Assembly (NCBI GenBank): GCA_030295235.1
Contig: AP026126.1
Span: 1,674,001-1,738,000 of the forward strand
Source of the DNA: Fistulifera solaris
Lineage: Eukaryota
Length of the DNA stretch: 64,000 nt
Direction: 5' to 3'
Both the position numbers and the translations under genes were made by a program. Every line of letters starts with the position of its first letter. The first letter of the stretch is position 1. Positions 12,670-23,780 of this stretch are shown here, one piece after another. The notes under the pieces were generated by a model, which ran no database searches, was not told where the DNA came from, and saw only the letters and a program-made list of their open reading frames with translations.

Positions 12670-13689
12670 ATGCGATTCCTACTGTTGTGCAGCATCATTG
12701 CATCCGTTTTGACGGGTTGTGTCGGTCAGCTCGTCGAAGAAGAAAGGGTGCTGGAGTATCACAAACGAAACTACACATGGCCGCTTCAAAAATACGTTCC
12801 AGACACTCCCGGCTGGCGACAACTTATGGAAGAGCGTTTTGAGCAAATCGCTCGCCTCAAAACAAGCGGTGCCCGCTACGAAGCATACTATCAAACCGTC
12901 CGATCCTCTTTGTTGGCCCCCAATTTCACCGAACACGGCTTTGGTCTTGCGCGCTGCCCCGAGGGCCTTCTCCAAGCTCTTCGTCAAGGAATTTACGATG
13001 GGCTACCCAATGTACGTCTGGAGGAAAAACAGGACGTCATTACTGGCCCGGTTCCGTGGATGATTGACCGTCCGGATTTGACCGAACGAGTTCTCCGTGA
13101 ATTGCACCCGTATGCCGAAGAGTGGGTCGGTATGGAGTTGACTGCTCATCAAGCTTATGGTTTCCGTCTTTATCGCAATGAGAGTAATTTGTACATGCAC
13201 GTGGATCGAATGCAAACGCATATTGTGAGTTTCATCTTGCACATTGCCTCGTCGGATGACGCGGAACCTTGGCCAATTTTCATTGAAGATTTCAACGGAC
13301 GTACCCATGAGGTCATCTTGACACCGGGAGACATTTTGTTTTACGAGAGTTCCAAGTGCTTCCATGGACGTCCCCGCAAGTTCCATGGCACCTGGTATAC
13401 GAGTGTTTTCGTCCATTACTACCCCAAGCACGGCTGGACCGAAGTAGACCATCGAATGGAAGGACATTACGCTGTGCCTCCTATCTGGGTGGAAGATAAT
13501 TACACGCCTTCGGATCTCCCTGTACTGGAGATGATGGGAACAAGTATGAGAGAGCCATACTGTCCCGATGAATGGTGCCGAGTCAAGGATACAGTCAAAT
13601 GGTCGGGACCGGGTGTGGAGGGATATTGGATCGATCCGACGCAGAAGAAGCATGTTTTTAATCCCCGTCGTGTGAGTGATGAATTGTAA
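12670..13689 (+). CDS. ER-type 2-oxoglutarate/Fe(II) dioxygenase-like (prolyl-4-hydroxylase-like) protein
   Basis: Signal peptide; YGFRLY, LYMHVD (HxD), HGRP, FVHY; C-terminal SDEL. Confidence 0.7.
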   Translation: MRFLLLCSIIASVLTGCVGQLVEEERVLEYHKRNYTWPLQKYVPDTPGWRQLMEERFEQIARLKTSGARYEAYYQTVRSSLLAPNFTEHGFGLARCPEGLLQALRQGIYDGLPNVRLEEKQDVITGPVPWMIDRPDLTERVLRELHPYAEEWVGMELTAHQAYGFRLYRNESNLYMHVDRMQTHIVSFILHIASSDDAEPWPIFIEDFNGRTHEVILTPGDILFYESSKCFHGRPRKFHGTWYTSVFVHYYPKHGWTEVDHRMEGHYAVPPIWVEDNYTPSDLPVLEMMGTSMREPYCPDEWCRVKDTVKWSGPGVEGYWIDPTQKKHVFNPRRVSDEL

Positions 13690-13952
13690 CAAAGGTCGGG
13701 GAAGAAAAGAGTCAAAAGAAACACCAAATAGAAACAATTTCCGACAGTTTATAGTCAGCTGTTTATTTGAACATCCGAAGAATTATCAATGTCCTTTGTC
13801 ATCCTTTTCATGATCGAAGTGACATGTCATTTTCATCTTTTTTTCTTGTATGGCTGATTATCTTTATTTCACCTTTGTCTGAATCCCGCTTTTCCTGTTT
13901 GTCCTTCCGTGCTAGTTGACTTGTTTCTTCCCAACGACGACTCCAAAAAGAT

Positions 13953-14603
13953 TCAAGTCAAACTCTCCTTTGCGAAAAATACCGCCCTCCTTTTGGAAAT
14001 CTCTTTCGACGCTCCTTTTTCGTGAAGTGGACAAGCAAACTTTCGTTCCCCGTCCACAATGGGAATGTATCCTTTCTTGCACGGCGTGAATGGGAGCGTT
14101 TCACCATTCCCAAATCGAATGGACGCATCACGAATCGCTCGACCTGTAGGCGTATATCAAACACCGCAGTTGTGTGAGTAGGACAAGGACAAGAGACGAC
14201 TACTTATGAATAGAAGTATCGCTGCTGTCACTTGCCTTGTGGTGTCATATCGGCCGCACTGGATTGTGTGTAATGCGCTCCCCCGTAAAGGTCGCCTGAC
14301 GAGGTAACAAGACAGAAGCAAGGAGGAGTGTTTGTGAACAAATAGCTTCAAGGTGCTTTCGCTACTCATGTCAGTCTTACCTCGATCTGTCGGATATCCG
14401 CAAACATGTCCCCAAGGAACGCTCTCGATGACACTCGCCTGAATCAAGTATCATTCACTGGGTAAGATGCCACAATCATTGCGAAACGCACTTGTGTCGC
14501 CGGGCTTGGGGCGATGACAATCTTGTTTGTTTTGCAACTGAAGCACGTCAGACAAGAGCTTTCGCTTGTGTGTAAGACGTTGCGATGTTCGTCTTGGTTC
14601 CAT
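13953..14603 (-). pseudogene. Decayed intron-containing hypothetical gene
   Basis: ATG at 14603; frame continues through TGA stops at 14451 and 14245 across a GTAAG..CAG intron (14296-14380); last exon ends ...CKKG...FACPLHEKG. Confidence 0.35.
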
Positions 14604-15019
14604 TTTCGATTGAGATGAGAGGAGGGACATTAAAGATTATTGGTTCGTTGGCAAAATGCACTTGGGAAACTCTTCTTTGGCCAATCTCTTGTCCTTCTCT
14701 CAATGAGAAAAGTTACTAAGAAGATTAATGTTTGATCAACAAGAGAGAAAGGACAATCTACTGACGGTGGGGGAAATTGTGTACTTTCGCGGAGGCCCCC
14801 GTAGAGAAATGTACCAAGCAGAGGTGCGTTCCCGTGTCTCCCAAAAGAAAATTGATGTTGTTGTTTTTACTTGCCGAATTACTTTGTATTTAACGATAAC
14901 GTTAAATCATTGATTAAGTATATATTTTATTCCTAATTTTTTAATCGTCAGAATCTAATCTTGACATTCGACTGAATTTTCCACTTTGTATTTAAATTTA
15001 ACTCTTGCGTGAAAGAGCA

Positions 15020-15305
15020 CAGAAAATCTTGGCGTGTGGTGTTTTCACGTACCCAAATAATCTGGAAGTGTAGTGTTGTTACGTACCCAAATAATCTGGG
15101 AGATTGGTGTTTTCACGTACCCAGAAAATATGGGAGTGTGGTGTTTTCACGTACCCAGAAAATATGGGAGTGTGGTGTTTTCACGTACCCAGAAAATATG
15201 GAAGTGTAGTGTTGTTACGTACCCAAATAATCTGGGAGATTGGTGTTTTCACGTACCCAGAAAATATGGAAGTGTGGTGGTTTCACGTACCCAAATAATC
15301 TGGGA
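15020..15305. repeat. 34-bp minisatellite, 8 full copies plus a partial
   Basis: Consensus GTGTGGTGTTTTCACGTACCCAGAAAATATGGGA starting at 15034, 15068, 15102, 15136, 15170, 15204, 15238 and 15272. Confidence 0.97.
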
Positions 15306-15467
15306 GTTTTGTGGTTCAGTGTATTTTGTTTCGGTAGGAGGAAAAAGCAAGAATGTTCGCTTTTTTTCTCCACTTTGCGAATAAATGACAGCGTCAAACA
15401 ACAATAATTTGATGATACTACGAAGGAATAATAATTGAGTCTTGTCGTCAATCAGCAGCATTTCAGA

Positions 15468-17516
15468 ATGTGGAAAGTGGTATTCCGAGAAGATCCTGCG
15501 CTTATGCTGCGAAAGGATGCGGATTTTTATTCGACGAGAATTGTGTCGGCATCATTAGACCTTTCCGTCTTGTTTTCATCAGTGTTCGGGAGCCAGGAAG
15601 TTTGGGCAGCTTTCTTAGAAGGCGGCAAAACAGCGAGAACAGCATTGGCTGATTTTGTAGCAAGAAGACTGGGGGAACGAACGACATCTTTCAGTGAGTG
15701 TGGAATGTATATAATTCAGTGGGCGACTTGGAGTGCGACGATGTCGACCGTAAAGAAAGGTGGAGACCGAGGGCGGCAGACGAACGCATCATCAGTTGTA
15801 CCTTTCATTTTAGAGAGAACCGATATTCGGTGTACATCCAAGAATGAATTGCATATTGGTCTTCGTTTGTTTATGCACGCGAAAGATGAAACCATGAAGA
15901 TCGACATGGATGGCGAGGACTTGGATTTGCATTTACGAAATGCTACCGGCAACTACCTTTCCGAATTATTCGCAACAAAAGAATTTACGAAGGAAATGAT
16001 GAGTCACGTAGCTACGGCTGTCTTACAAGACCGTCTTCGTGGACAGTTGAAAATAGAAAAGGCGGTCGCTTTTGTTGCAAACGGTGCTATTTTGCCTCGC
16101 AAGAGTGGTGCGAGTCATGCTCCAATGGCCAGTCCTCCCGCTGTACCATTTCAAGCCCCTCCAGATAGTAAAATGAACGGCACTCTAAAAGTGTCCATGG
16201 GACGATTACGATCATTTCTGTGGGCCGAAAAACCGGAAATTTCCTTGACGACCTACGATGATGCAAGTAGTAGTATTTGCCTGAATGGATTACTTGTCCC
16301 GGAAGGTATTTCGCTAATTGTTGGTGGGGGGTATCATGGCAAATCGACATTGCTACGAACCATTGCGTGTGGAGTCTACAACAAAATACCGGGGGATGGA
16401 AGAGAGTTCTCGGTCACTGTCACGGACGCTATGACAGTACGCGCGGAAGATGGGCGCTATGTGAACAACTGCAATATTAGCGCGTTCATTTCCAATCTTC
16501 CGACATTGCCCGGTATGTCCGAAGTGGTTGACACAACTCGTTTTTCGACCAATGAAGCGTCTGGGTCGACCAGTCAAGCCGCCAATGTGGTAGAGGCGAT
16601 TGAAATGGGCTGTTCGGCCCTATTGGTGGACGAAGATGTTTCGGCGGCCAACTTTATGGCGAGAGACGGTCGGATGCGCTCGTTGGTCATGGATGAAAGT
16701 ATCACGCCACTACTATACCGAGTCAATGGTTTGTATGCAAGTCGAGGGATTTCTTCGATTGTTGTAGTTGGGGGTGTTGGTGATTGGTTAGATGTTCCGG
16801 ATGCGGTTATCTTGATGGACAAGTATACATGCCGAGATGCCACAGAAAAAGCACGATCCGTGAGTCGACAGTTTTCACATGGTCACGTTCAATATGGAGG
16901 TCGTGGTGTTGTTCATCGGCTAAGTTGGGAAAAGACAGGCACGCCAATTCAACGACGACCGACAGATCGTTTCTTGAAAACGATACATCATGATCAGACG
17001 GGAGTGGCACTGATTGAAGGTAGTCATGCTATTTTGCTATACCACTCCCAGGAATGCAGTTTGGAGCATCACTACCACGACGACAATGATGAAGATCGCT
17101 TGGTAGACATGTCGAAATGTGAACAACTCATGGGCAAGAAATATCAACTGTATGGCTGCGGACTTTGCTTAGTATGGTTATTGGAAGAATCTGGTAGACA
17201 TCCGGAGATCGGGTTAAAGACTCTTCTGGAAAATATGGACACGTGCATGGACGAGACGGATTTTGCTAGTGTCGTGCTCGGTGATGACACCCGCAGTGCA
17301 TCGCTTCGTCATGATACACTGCTGGCGACCATCGGTCACGCCTATCGTCCCCGGAGGTTCGAAGTAGGCCAAGCTCTTACACGATTAAGAGGCATTCAAC
17401 TTGAAAACACACCCGTTGATGATGAGGATGAAGAAGAGAAGGCACGCTTGGCAGAAGAAGAAGAACGCAAGAAAAAAGAGTTGTTGGACCTTTGGAATGC
17501 ACGTCGTAAAAAGTGA
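15468..17516 (+). CDS. Predicted ABC-class ATPase (ABC_ATPase family, MRB1590-like), intronless
   Basis: FVANGAILPRKSG, Walker A GGGYHGKSTLL, IPGDGRE, RAEDGR, ASGSTSQAAN, Walker B LLVDED, NFMARD. Confidence 0.88.
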   Translation: MWKVVFREDPALMLRKDADFYSTRIVSASLDLSVLFSSVFGSQEVWAAFLEGGKTARTALADFVARRLGERTTSFSECGMYIIQWATWSATMSTVKKGGDRGRQTNASSVVPFILERTDIRCTSKNELHIGLRLFMHAKDETMKIDMDGEDLDLHLRNATGNYLSELFATKEFTKEMMSHVATAVLQDRLRGQLKIEKAVAFVANGAILPRKSGASHAPMASPPAVPFQAPPDSKMNGTLKVSMGRLRSFLWAEKPEISLTTYDDASSSICLNGLLVPEGISLIVGGGYHGKSTLLRTIACGVYNKIPGDGREFSVTVTDAMTVRAEDGRYVNNCNISAFISNLPTLPGMSEVVDTTRFSTNEASGSTSQAANVVEAIEMGCSALLVDEDVSAANFMARDGRMRSLVMDESITPLLYRVNGLYASRGISSIVVVGGVGDWLDVPDAVILMDKYTCRDATEKARSVSRQFSHGHVQYGGRGVVHRLSWEKTGTPIQRRPTDRFLKTIHHDQTGVALIEGSHAILLYHSQECSLEHHYHDDNDEDRLVDMSKCEQLMGKKYQLYGCGLCLVWLLEESGRHPEIGLKTLLENMDTCMDETDFASVVLGDDTRSASLRHDTLLATIGHAYRPRRFEVGQALTRLRGIQLENTPVDDEDEEEKARLAEEEERKKKELLDLWNARRKK

Positions 17517-17574
17517 AGCATTCCCATGCTTTTCTATTTTGATTTGTTAATGCCAGCTTCAAATAAAAATAATT

Positions 17575-18000
17575 TTAATTTTTGAGAGTCCATTTGTTGC
17601 CATCGGGCCATTTAATACCGGCCGGAGCGGCGTCATCCCATACTCCCTTCAATGCCGGAGGCCCTCCTTTGGGCGAGAAATCGACAAAGATAGTCGATCC
17701 ATCAACGTTACCGGTAAGCTTCCACGCCTTTCCACTGCCATCAGCGGGACATCCCGGGTTTCCGTCGGTGCCGGACAAAGTCGCGGAGGCTCCTTGTACA
17801 TTGATCACTCGTTGGCAATTGGGATGGTTGGGATCGGCGTACGACCCCGTAAAATCTACGGCGTTGGCAATAAGTGGTGCAGCTGCGAGAGACGCCGAGA
17901 ACGAAGCCGCAGCTGCGGCTTTCTGAATGGCTTGCGGTGTCATCCATGCCTGGCTGGTATAAACCATCAGGGCGGCCATCGTGGAAACGAAAATCTTCAT
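17575..18000 (-). CDS. Small plastid-targeted, probably thylakoid-lumen, hypothetical protein
   Basis: Signal peptide ending SQA-W, Ala-rich second signal ending ANA; YADPNHP, VDFSPKGGP, IKWPDGNKW. Confidence 0.7.
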   Translation of the reverse strand: MKIFVSTMAALMVYTSQAWMTPQAIQKAAAAASFSASLAAAPLIANAVDFTGSYADPNHPNCQRVINVQGASATLSGTDGNPGCPADGSGKAWKLTGNVDGSTIFVDFSPKGGPPALKGVWDDAAPAGIKWPDGNKWTLKN

Positions 18001-18427
18001 AGTTAAACTGATACGTTTTCGAGTTTCCGGAGAAGTTACAATCAATGGCTCTCGTTCGGAACTATGCAACTGCATACAATTATGTTGTGTTGTGCAACAA
18101 ACACTTTGAAAGACCAGTGATGACGAAGGTTGAAGATCGCCAATTCTATCAAAGCGACATGTTGGTGGATTTTTCTTTCGCTGTGATGATGATGGCATGC
18201 TTTAAATGACTGAGTCACACCCATGAGTCAGTCACGTGGCATCTCGATCACGCATGCGTGAAGTTTGGTTTTGCCTAGCAAAATACCACGGATTTTACTT
18301 AATAAAATGATGACAAGAACAGTTGGTTTCTGATTAGTAATTGAAATTTTTACATTAGATTATTCTAGTAGCTTCAATTAATCACCCCGACGCAACAATC
18401 ATATATTTTCTCTTCGATCGATAAGAT

Positions 18428-18916
18428 ATGGCCACCTGGAAATCAGAAAGCGACGAGGATGAATTCTTTGGCGCTCCGGTCGAGAACGACGGTCAAAGAA
18501 TCTGCGCCGATGGTTTTGAAGTGCAATCTGGATTGGCACAAGCGGAAGCCTGTGCATTAAAAGAACGCCACAAAGTCATTGGATACCATGAAACGTACGA
18601 TGCGGCGAAAGAAAGTGCGTTACAGTCTGGTTTTGAGGCCGGCTATCGCGATCATTTTGATGTCTCGCGGAGGATTGGAGTCATGATCGGTCGATTGGTC
18701 ATGGACGCCAAGCGGAGGGGAGGCCAAGATCAGTACAGTCACTCTATTGAAAGCTCGAAACATACTCAAGCGCTTTTGCTGACGAAGGATCATTTGATGA
18801 GTATTGGTTCAGTACAAGGCGACACGAATGCGAAGGATGCAACAATAAAAGAAAAGAACAGTTTAGAGGAGCTCGAAGTGAAACTCTCTATTATATCAGA
18901 GTCAGATTGTGCTTAG
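18428..18916 (+). CDS. YAE1: Yae1-family (deca-GX3) protein
   Basis: IGYHETYDAAKESALQSGFEAGY matches the Yae1 N-terminal motif. Confidence 0.65.
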   Translation: MATWKSESDEDEFFGAPVENDGQRICADGFEVQSGLAQAEACALKERHKVIGYHETYDAAKESALQSGFEAGYRDHFDVSRRIGVMIGRLVMDAKRRGGQDQYSHSIESSKHTQALLLTKDHLMSIGSVQGDTNAKDATIKEKNSLEELEVKLSIISESDCA

Positions 18917-18986
18917 CGCCAAGATTACCGAGATGAAACCTTTTAGAAATTTATCGTACAAATTGTAGAGAAGACGAACCTTCGCC

Positions 18987-19878
18987 CTATTCCTCTTCTT
19001 CCATTTCGTCTTCTTCTTCTAAGGCGTCTGCCGTTGGAACATACTGATCCTTCATATTCTTGAGTTGCTTTCGAAGTTTCTCATTGGCCAATTTCTCTTG
19101 TTCGATTGTGTGCTCTAGCAGTCGTTTCTCGGCGCGGACGGCGTCGAGCTTCTTTTGTAGCTTGTTGGTCAACTGTGCGTCATGAACTAACAAGCTCAGC
19201 AAAACAAAACTAAAGAGTCGCAAGCAAGTCCAACACAAAGTACACACGTACCATTTCTTCTTCACTCTCCAATTCCAAAATGATACGACCTTTCTCTTCT
19301 TGTATTTTATTCATCTTTCTCATCAAAGAATTGACTCGACCTTCTTCCATCACCTCTGCTTCCAATTGAGAATGACCGGCCACGGTTCGCATGGCCGCTA
19401 AATCTCCAGCAATGCGGCCCATTCGTTGTCGTTCTCGCTTCAAAACAAGACGAAGTTCTTCCAGACTCATACCCGCTTCTTTGATTTCCAATTCTTTGGC
19501 CCGCTGTCGTTCAGCAGAAGCGGCCGCTTCCATCGCTTTGCGCTGTTCGGCGTGATCCGGGGTCAGAAATGGCATGCGCGGTAATACTGATAGTGGAATC
19601 ATTGGATTGTGATGATGATGCGTCGGGTGATGATGATAATGAGGCGACCCTGGAACCGAACGCGTTGTATAAGGGGACGTCGGAGGATAATGACCAACGG
19701 GAGCTTTTCCTAGTGTCATAACTGGAGAATCCGGGAGTCCGCGTCGAGTGTGCGGCGGGGAATGCGGTATTTGGAACGAATGCGATGTAGGCAGTGCATG
19801 ATCGTTGTTGGCGGACGTGTCAAGCGGACGACTCTCTCGAGCCGCAGGGGAGCTGCTCGTTTGGGGTGTCGAAGCCAT
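18987..19878 (-). CDS. Coiled-coil protein, CCDC6/DUF2046-like; intron near 19174-19251
   Basis: AEVMEEGRVNSLMRKM...ELESEEEM|LTNKLQKKL. Confidence 0.65.
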
Positions 19879-20578
19879 TCGTTTTACGTTTGCTTGTCAA
19901 TGTAAGTGAAAATAAACAACTTATGGTAGTCTAAAATGTTCGCAGAAGTGAGAATGCTCAATTCGAACAAATGTGTCAAGTGTCAACAAAGCAAAAAGCA
20001 GCGTTTTCACGTCGAAAAAAAGCAGCTACCTGGTAAAGGAAATCCTGTCGACAGATGGAACCCGGATATTGGTTTAGTTGACATCATCCATTTTTCGGGT
20101 ATGATTGACTGCAATGCAATCAAACCTTTCGCCAACATCGTTAGTTTGCAACAATGAACGATGTTCACAAACAAGTCGAAGTCAAAACGTAGATAATAGC
20201 AAAATACGACGCTTCGAATGTCTACGTGAAATTGACGTAGCCCCCGTAGGAATGCTATCGATGTAGGTAGTCATCGATTTCGATGTCATCAATTCTCGGG
20301 TCCCACAGCAACAAATCTCATTATTTATAACTATTCTCGACATACCTTTGTTGAGATTACAAGCAAGAATCGACGTATCAATTGGAACACCCAACATGAA
20401 AACGACAACAGATGCTATGTTGCGAATTTCTACTCGGATTTTACGTAGGCCGCGTACCAGGTAGGGAAATTTATCGACGGAGGCGAACCCGGATATTGTG
20501 TATGAGCAATTCCTTCACTCCGTACCAGTATCATTATTTTTCCAATCTCATTATCTATACGGCTTGTTATTTACTTCA

Positions 20579-21527
20579 ATGCGCTCCTACTTCCTGTATA
20601 CTCCAATTTGTTTGATCACAATCATTGTTGATCCATTTGCGACGGCGTCGTCGCTAGCCAACAATAATGACACGCCAGGAAGAGCCGGTACCGAGCTCGA
20701 TCCGTTTGTGACGGCGGCCCCCATGGTTCTTGGAGCTGTTTGTAAAGACGGCGTGGCACTCATCGCTGCGCATACTTCTTCAGCTGAAGAGCCTCTTTTG
20801 TATTCTGTTCATCCGCAATCTTCGGACGATTGGTTCCTCGACTTACCCGAGAATTATGCCGGTCCCTTTCGCATTCGTTTGGTCGATCGATACGGGACGG
20901 TATTTGTAGCGTGTGGATGGAGAGCGGACGGCGATTATTTGTGGGAGAAGGTCAAAGAGGTCGCAGCCGCGGAATTTCTACAACACGGTCCTCCTTCGAT
21001 GACATATTATCGCAAGTACTTGGCATCACAACTTTCTCTTTGCATGGCGCGTTGCGCTCTCTCGGATCAGGTAAGCAAGAAAATGTCTCTCTCCGAAAAA
21101 TATATTGTGTTTTGTCTCTCAATTTTCGCCAATCAATATCTTCACACAGATGCGAACGCTGAGTTCGGCGTGCTTGCTCGTATTTCCTATCATGGACGCC
21201 GCCCTCCCGTCTCTTTGGCTCGTGGATCTGACGGGGGCCTATCCCGTGCGCGCCATCTGTCTCGGAGGAGGACTGGACACAATGAGTGGCGAACCCATGG
21301 CGAAAATGGCACAATCTCGGTTGAGAAAAACGGATATTGACTTCGCTTCCATTACAGTAGAAGAAGGCGTGAACGAATTATTGAGGATCCTTCGAGAACA
21401 AAATGGCAACGATGGATGTCGAGGTACTTTGCTACAAAAGGATACCCGGTTGGAAATAGCGCTATTGAAAGAACAAAACGGCATTTTTACCAGAAGAAAA
21501 ATCGCTTTCCTCCAACTAAACAGATAG
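20579..21527 (+). CDS. Divergent 20S proteasome-subunit-like (Ntn fold) protein with hydrophobic N-terminal extension; intron 21071-21149
   Basis: VLGAVCKDGVALIA, ACGWRADG, LWLVDLTG, RAICLGG, LEIALL. Confidence 0.7.
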
Positions 21528-21591
21528 ATGAGGCGAATCAAACATTTTTCGCTATTGCTACAAGTTATAATTCGCGCAGTATGGGCTGTGC

Positions 21592-23454
21592 TCAATGACC
21601 CGCTTTATGGGCCTTTTTCTTTCCCTTGCCTTTCTTTTTCTTTGAGTTTGCTGTCGACTGCTCGGTTCGGACTTTCGCAGCTGTTTCCTTCTTCATCATG
21701 GCTTCAAAATCTTCTTGATTGTTCGTAGGTGATGACTCTTCCGGAGAACCACCACTTCTCTCTGGGTCGAAGGCTGCTTGCAGTGATTCCTCCGATGACA
21801 AATCCCATAGAGCAAGCTGGTTCCCTGAACCACCGCATCCCAGCAACCACGGAGTAGATGGATAAAATGATAATGCAAACAGCTTACCCACGCACATATC
21901 CTTAGTCGTGACGAGTCTCGGAGAAATGTTGGCTGCGGGTGCATTGTTTTGTGGGTAAGCGTGCCACAATGACACCGTAGCGTCTCTCGAACAAGAAGCC
22001 ATCATTCCGGGGACTTTATGATTGTAAGCCAAATTTGTCACACCGCCATATTCATTTACAACGTGGGTCCAAAGGGGTGACGAGCTTTGAAATGATCTGA
22101 CGTCCCAACAACTCATCGACCCATCTTCGCATAAGACGGTCAGATACTCCGAATGAAAAGGATCCCAAGCAATGGCCTCGCAATCGGACGGTAATTTGAC
22201 GCTCTTTAAATTTTCACCATTCGTACGAGCATCTAAAAGTGCGACGGTGCGATCAAACGATCCTGTTGCGAGCAACGTACCCTCCGACGGATGCCACGCT
22301 ACGCATTGTACTTTGTCTCGGTGATGGGAGAAAGTGGCCGAATCGCAGCGCTCGTTAATGTTCCCGGATTCGCGAGTAACGTCCCATAGCTTAACAGTTT
22401 TATCTGCAGATCCACTGGCGAGAACTTGTCGATGAATCGTATTCCAAGAAAGCGACATGACAGCTTCCTCGTGACTTCCCGGTCGTAGCCCACTAGGAAG
22501 GGGCTTCCTTCTCTTCTCCGGTTGTTTACCTGCTGCAGCTTTAAGCATTTGCAATTTCAAAAGATCATCCGCTGCTGAGGTATCTTCTCCACCTAGCATG
22601 CATGTTGGTTCAAGGGCATTCATAATATCCAAATTCCAAATCTCAATACCAGGAGAAAAGGTTCCGACGGCGCAGAAATTTCCAGTTCGTCCACCTGTAG
22701 CGACTTGTCCGTGAGCGAGACACAATGGATAAGATGGCAAGGGAATATCATGGTGCACGAATAGGGTTCCAGTCACTTGATCGTAAACATGTACTTCCAA
22801 GGTCGCAAAATCCTGCAAATCACAATTTGTTAGAATTTCGTAATGTAAGGTTGGGTCGCCCAATGCAGCTGCCCCCAGATAATCGCTCACCTCCTCCGTT
22901 TTTGCAACAACTAAAATGGCGTCGTCTTCTTTTATTTCTATATCTTCAGCATCACTGTTTTCATCGTCGTCGGCTGTGGCATACATACCACCTGTCATCC
23001 CCGAATCTGCAAAACGCATAGCTTCAAGACCTTCGACATTCAACGCGTCAAACTCTCTGGTATCAGGTACGTCCGAAAGATCATCATCTTCGTCATCGGA
23101 AACCGAAGCGCCGGATTCGTCTTCTTTGCTTCCCTCGTCGGCTGGGCCTTCCTCTTGCTCGTCCTCGTCGCCAGCGTCTGTGTCGTCTCCCGCCATTAGT
23201 AAGTCGGCTACGTCTTCTTCGTCACTCGAATATTCGTCCATTCTCAGGTCAGCTGGGAGTGTATTTTCGGCTTTAGGCAAAACGATTCTCTCCTTTTTGT
23301 CCAGTTTGGCCATCAATTTGGATTCGAGCTCCGCCATGTCACCTCCTTGTTTCTCCATCAGTTCCAGAAGCTCGCGTTCCGTGCTGCTTATCTCGTACCG
23401 CTTAGGATTCGGGTCTGCGACGCCCCTGGGCACCCATGCTATAGATGATATCAT
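21592..23454 (-). CDS. PWP1: Periodic tryptophan protein 1 (WD40); in-frame intron near 22813-22890
   Basis: MISSIAWVPRG, LFVHHDIPLPSYPLC, GTFSPGIEIWNLD, LASGSADKTVKLWD. Confidence 0.92.
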   Translation of the reverse strand: MISSIAWVPRGVADPNPKRYEISSTERELLELMEKQGGDMAELESKLMAKLDKKERIVLPKAENTLPADLRMDEYSSDEEDVADLLMAGDDTDAGDEDEQEEGPADEGSKEDESGASVSDDEDDDLSDVPDTREFDALNVEGLEAMRFADSGMTGGMYATADDDENSDAEDIEIKEDDAILVVAKTEEVSDYLGAAALGDPTLHYEILTNCDLQDFATLEVHVYDQVTGTLFVHHDIPLPSYPLCLAHGQVATGGRTGNFCAVGTFSPGIEIWNLDIMNALEPTCMLGGEDTSAADDLLKLQMLKAAAGKQPEKRRKPLPSGLRPGSHEEAVMSLSWNTIHRQVLASGSADKTVKLWDVTRESGNINERCDSATFSHHRDKVQCVAWHPSEGTLLATGSFDRTVALLDARTNGENLKSVKLPSDCEAIAWDPFHSEYLTVLCEDGSMSCWDVRSFQSSSPLWTHVVNEYGGVTNLAYNHKVPGMMASCSRDATVSLWHAYPQNNAPAANISPRLVTTKDMCVGKLFALSFYPSTPWLLGCGGSGNQLALWDLSSEESLQAAFDPERSGGSPEESSPTNNQEDFEAMMKKETAAKVRTEQSTANSKKKKGKGKKKAHKAGH

Positions 23455-23780
23455 GGTGCTGAGCTATAAACTTCAAGAGTTGTTTGGCTTTCCAACGAGA
23501 TAAAGATAGCTTTTACAGCACTTATTGTTGAATGTTCAAAAAATAATGTGCGGAGAAAATTTTGTTCGGCCTCGAAATTCAAAGTTTTTCTTGGCTGTCA
23601 TTATTTAGGTGTGTCGTACGGACGATAAAATGATGATTAGGGATCGGGTCGTTCAAGTTTCTCTCATTGTTTGGAATATTTGGAAACTAGGTCTACTCGG
23701 TAAAAACTCTTAGGTGCAGCACTCTAGTCCTTCTAATTGACTTGAACATCGCTGACAAAAATAATATCTTTTTTCTTAGT

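Noticed and set aside
13003..13737. 244-aa antisense ORF and similar shadow ORFs (for example 22916-23503)
   Set aside because: They lie opposite well-supported genes and have no protein motifs
15020..15305. 34-bp repeats as a CRISPR array or as coding ORFs
   Set aside because: Head-to-tail tandem units without spacers; the unit length is not a multiple of three
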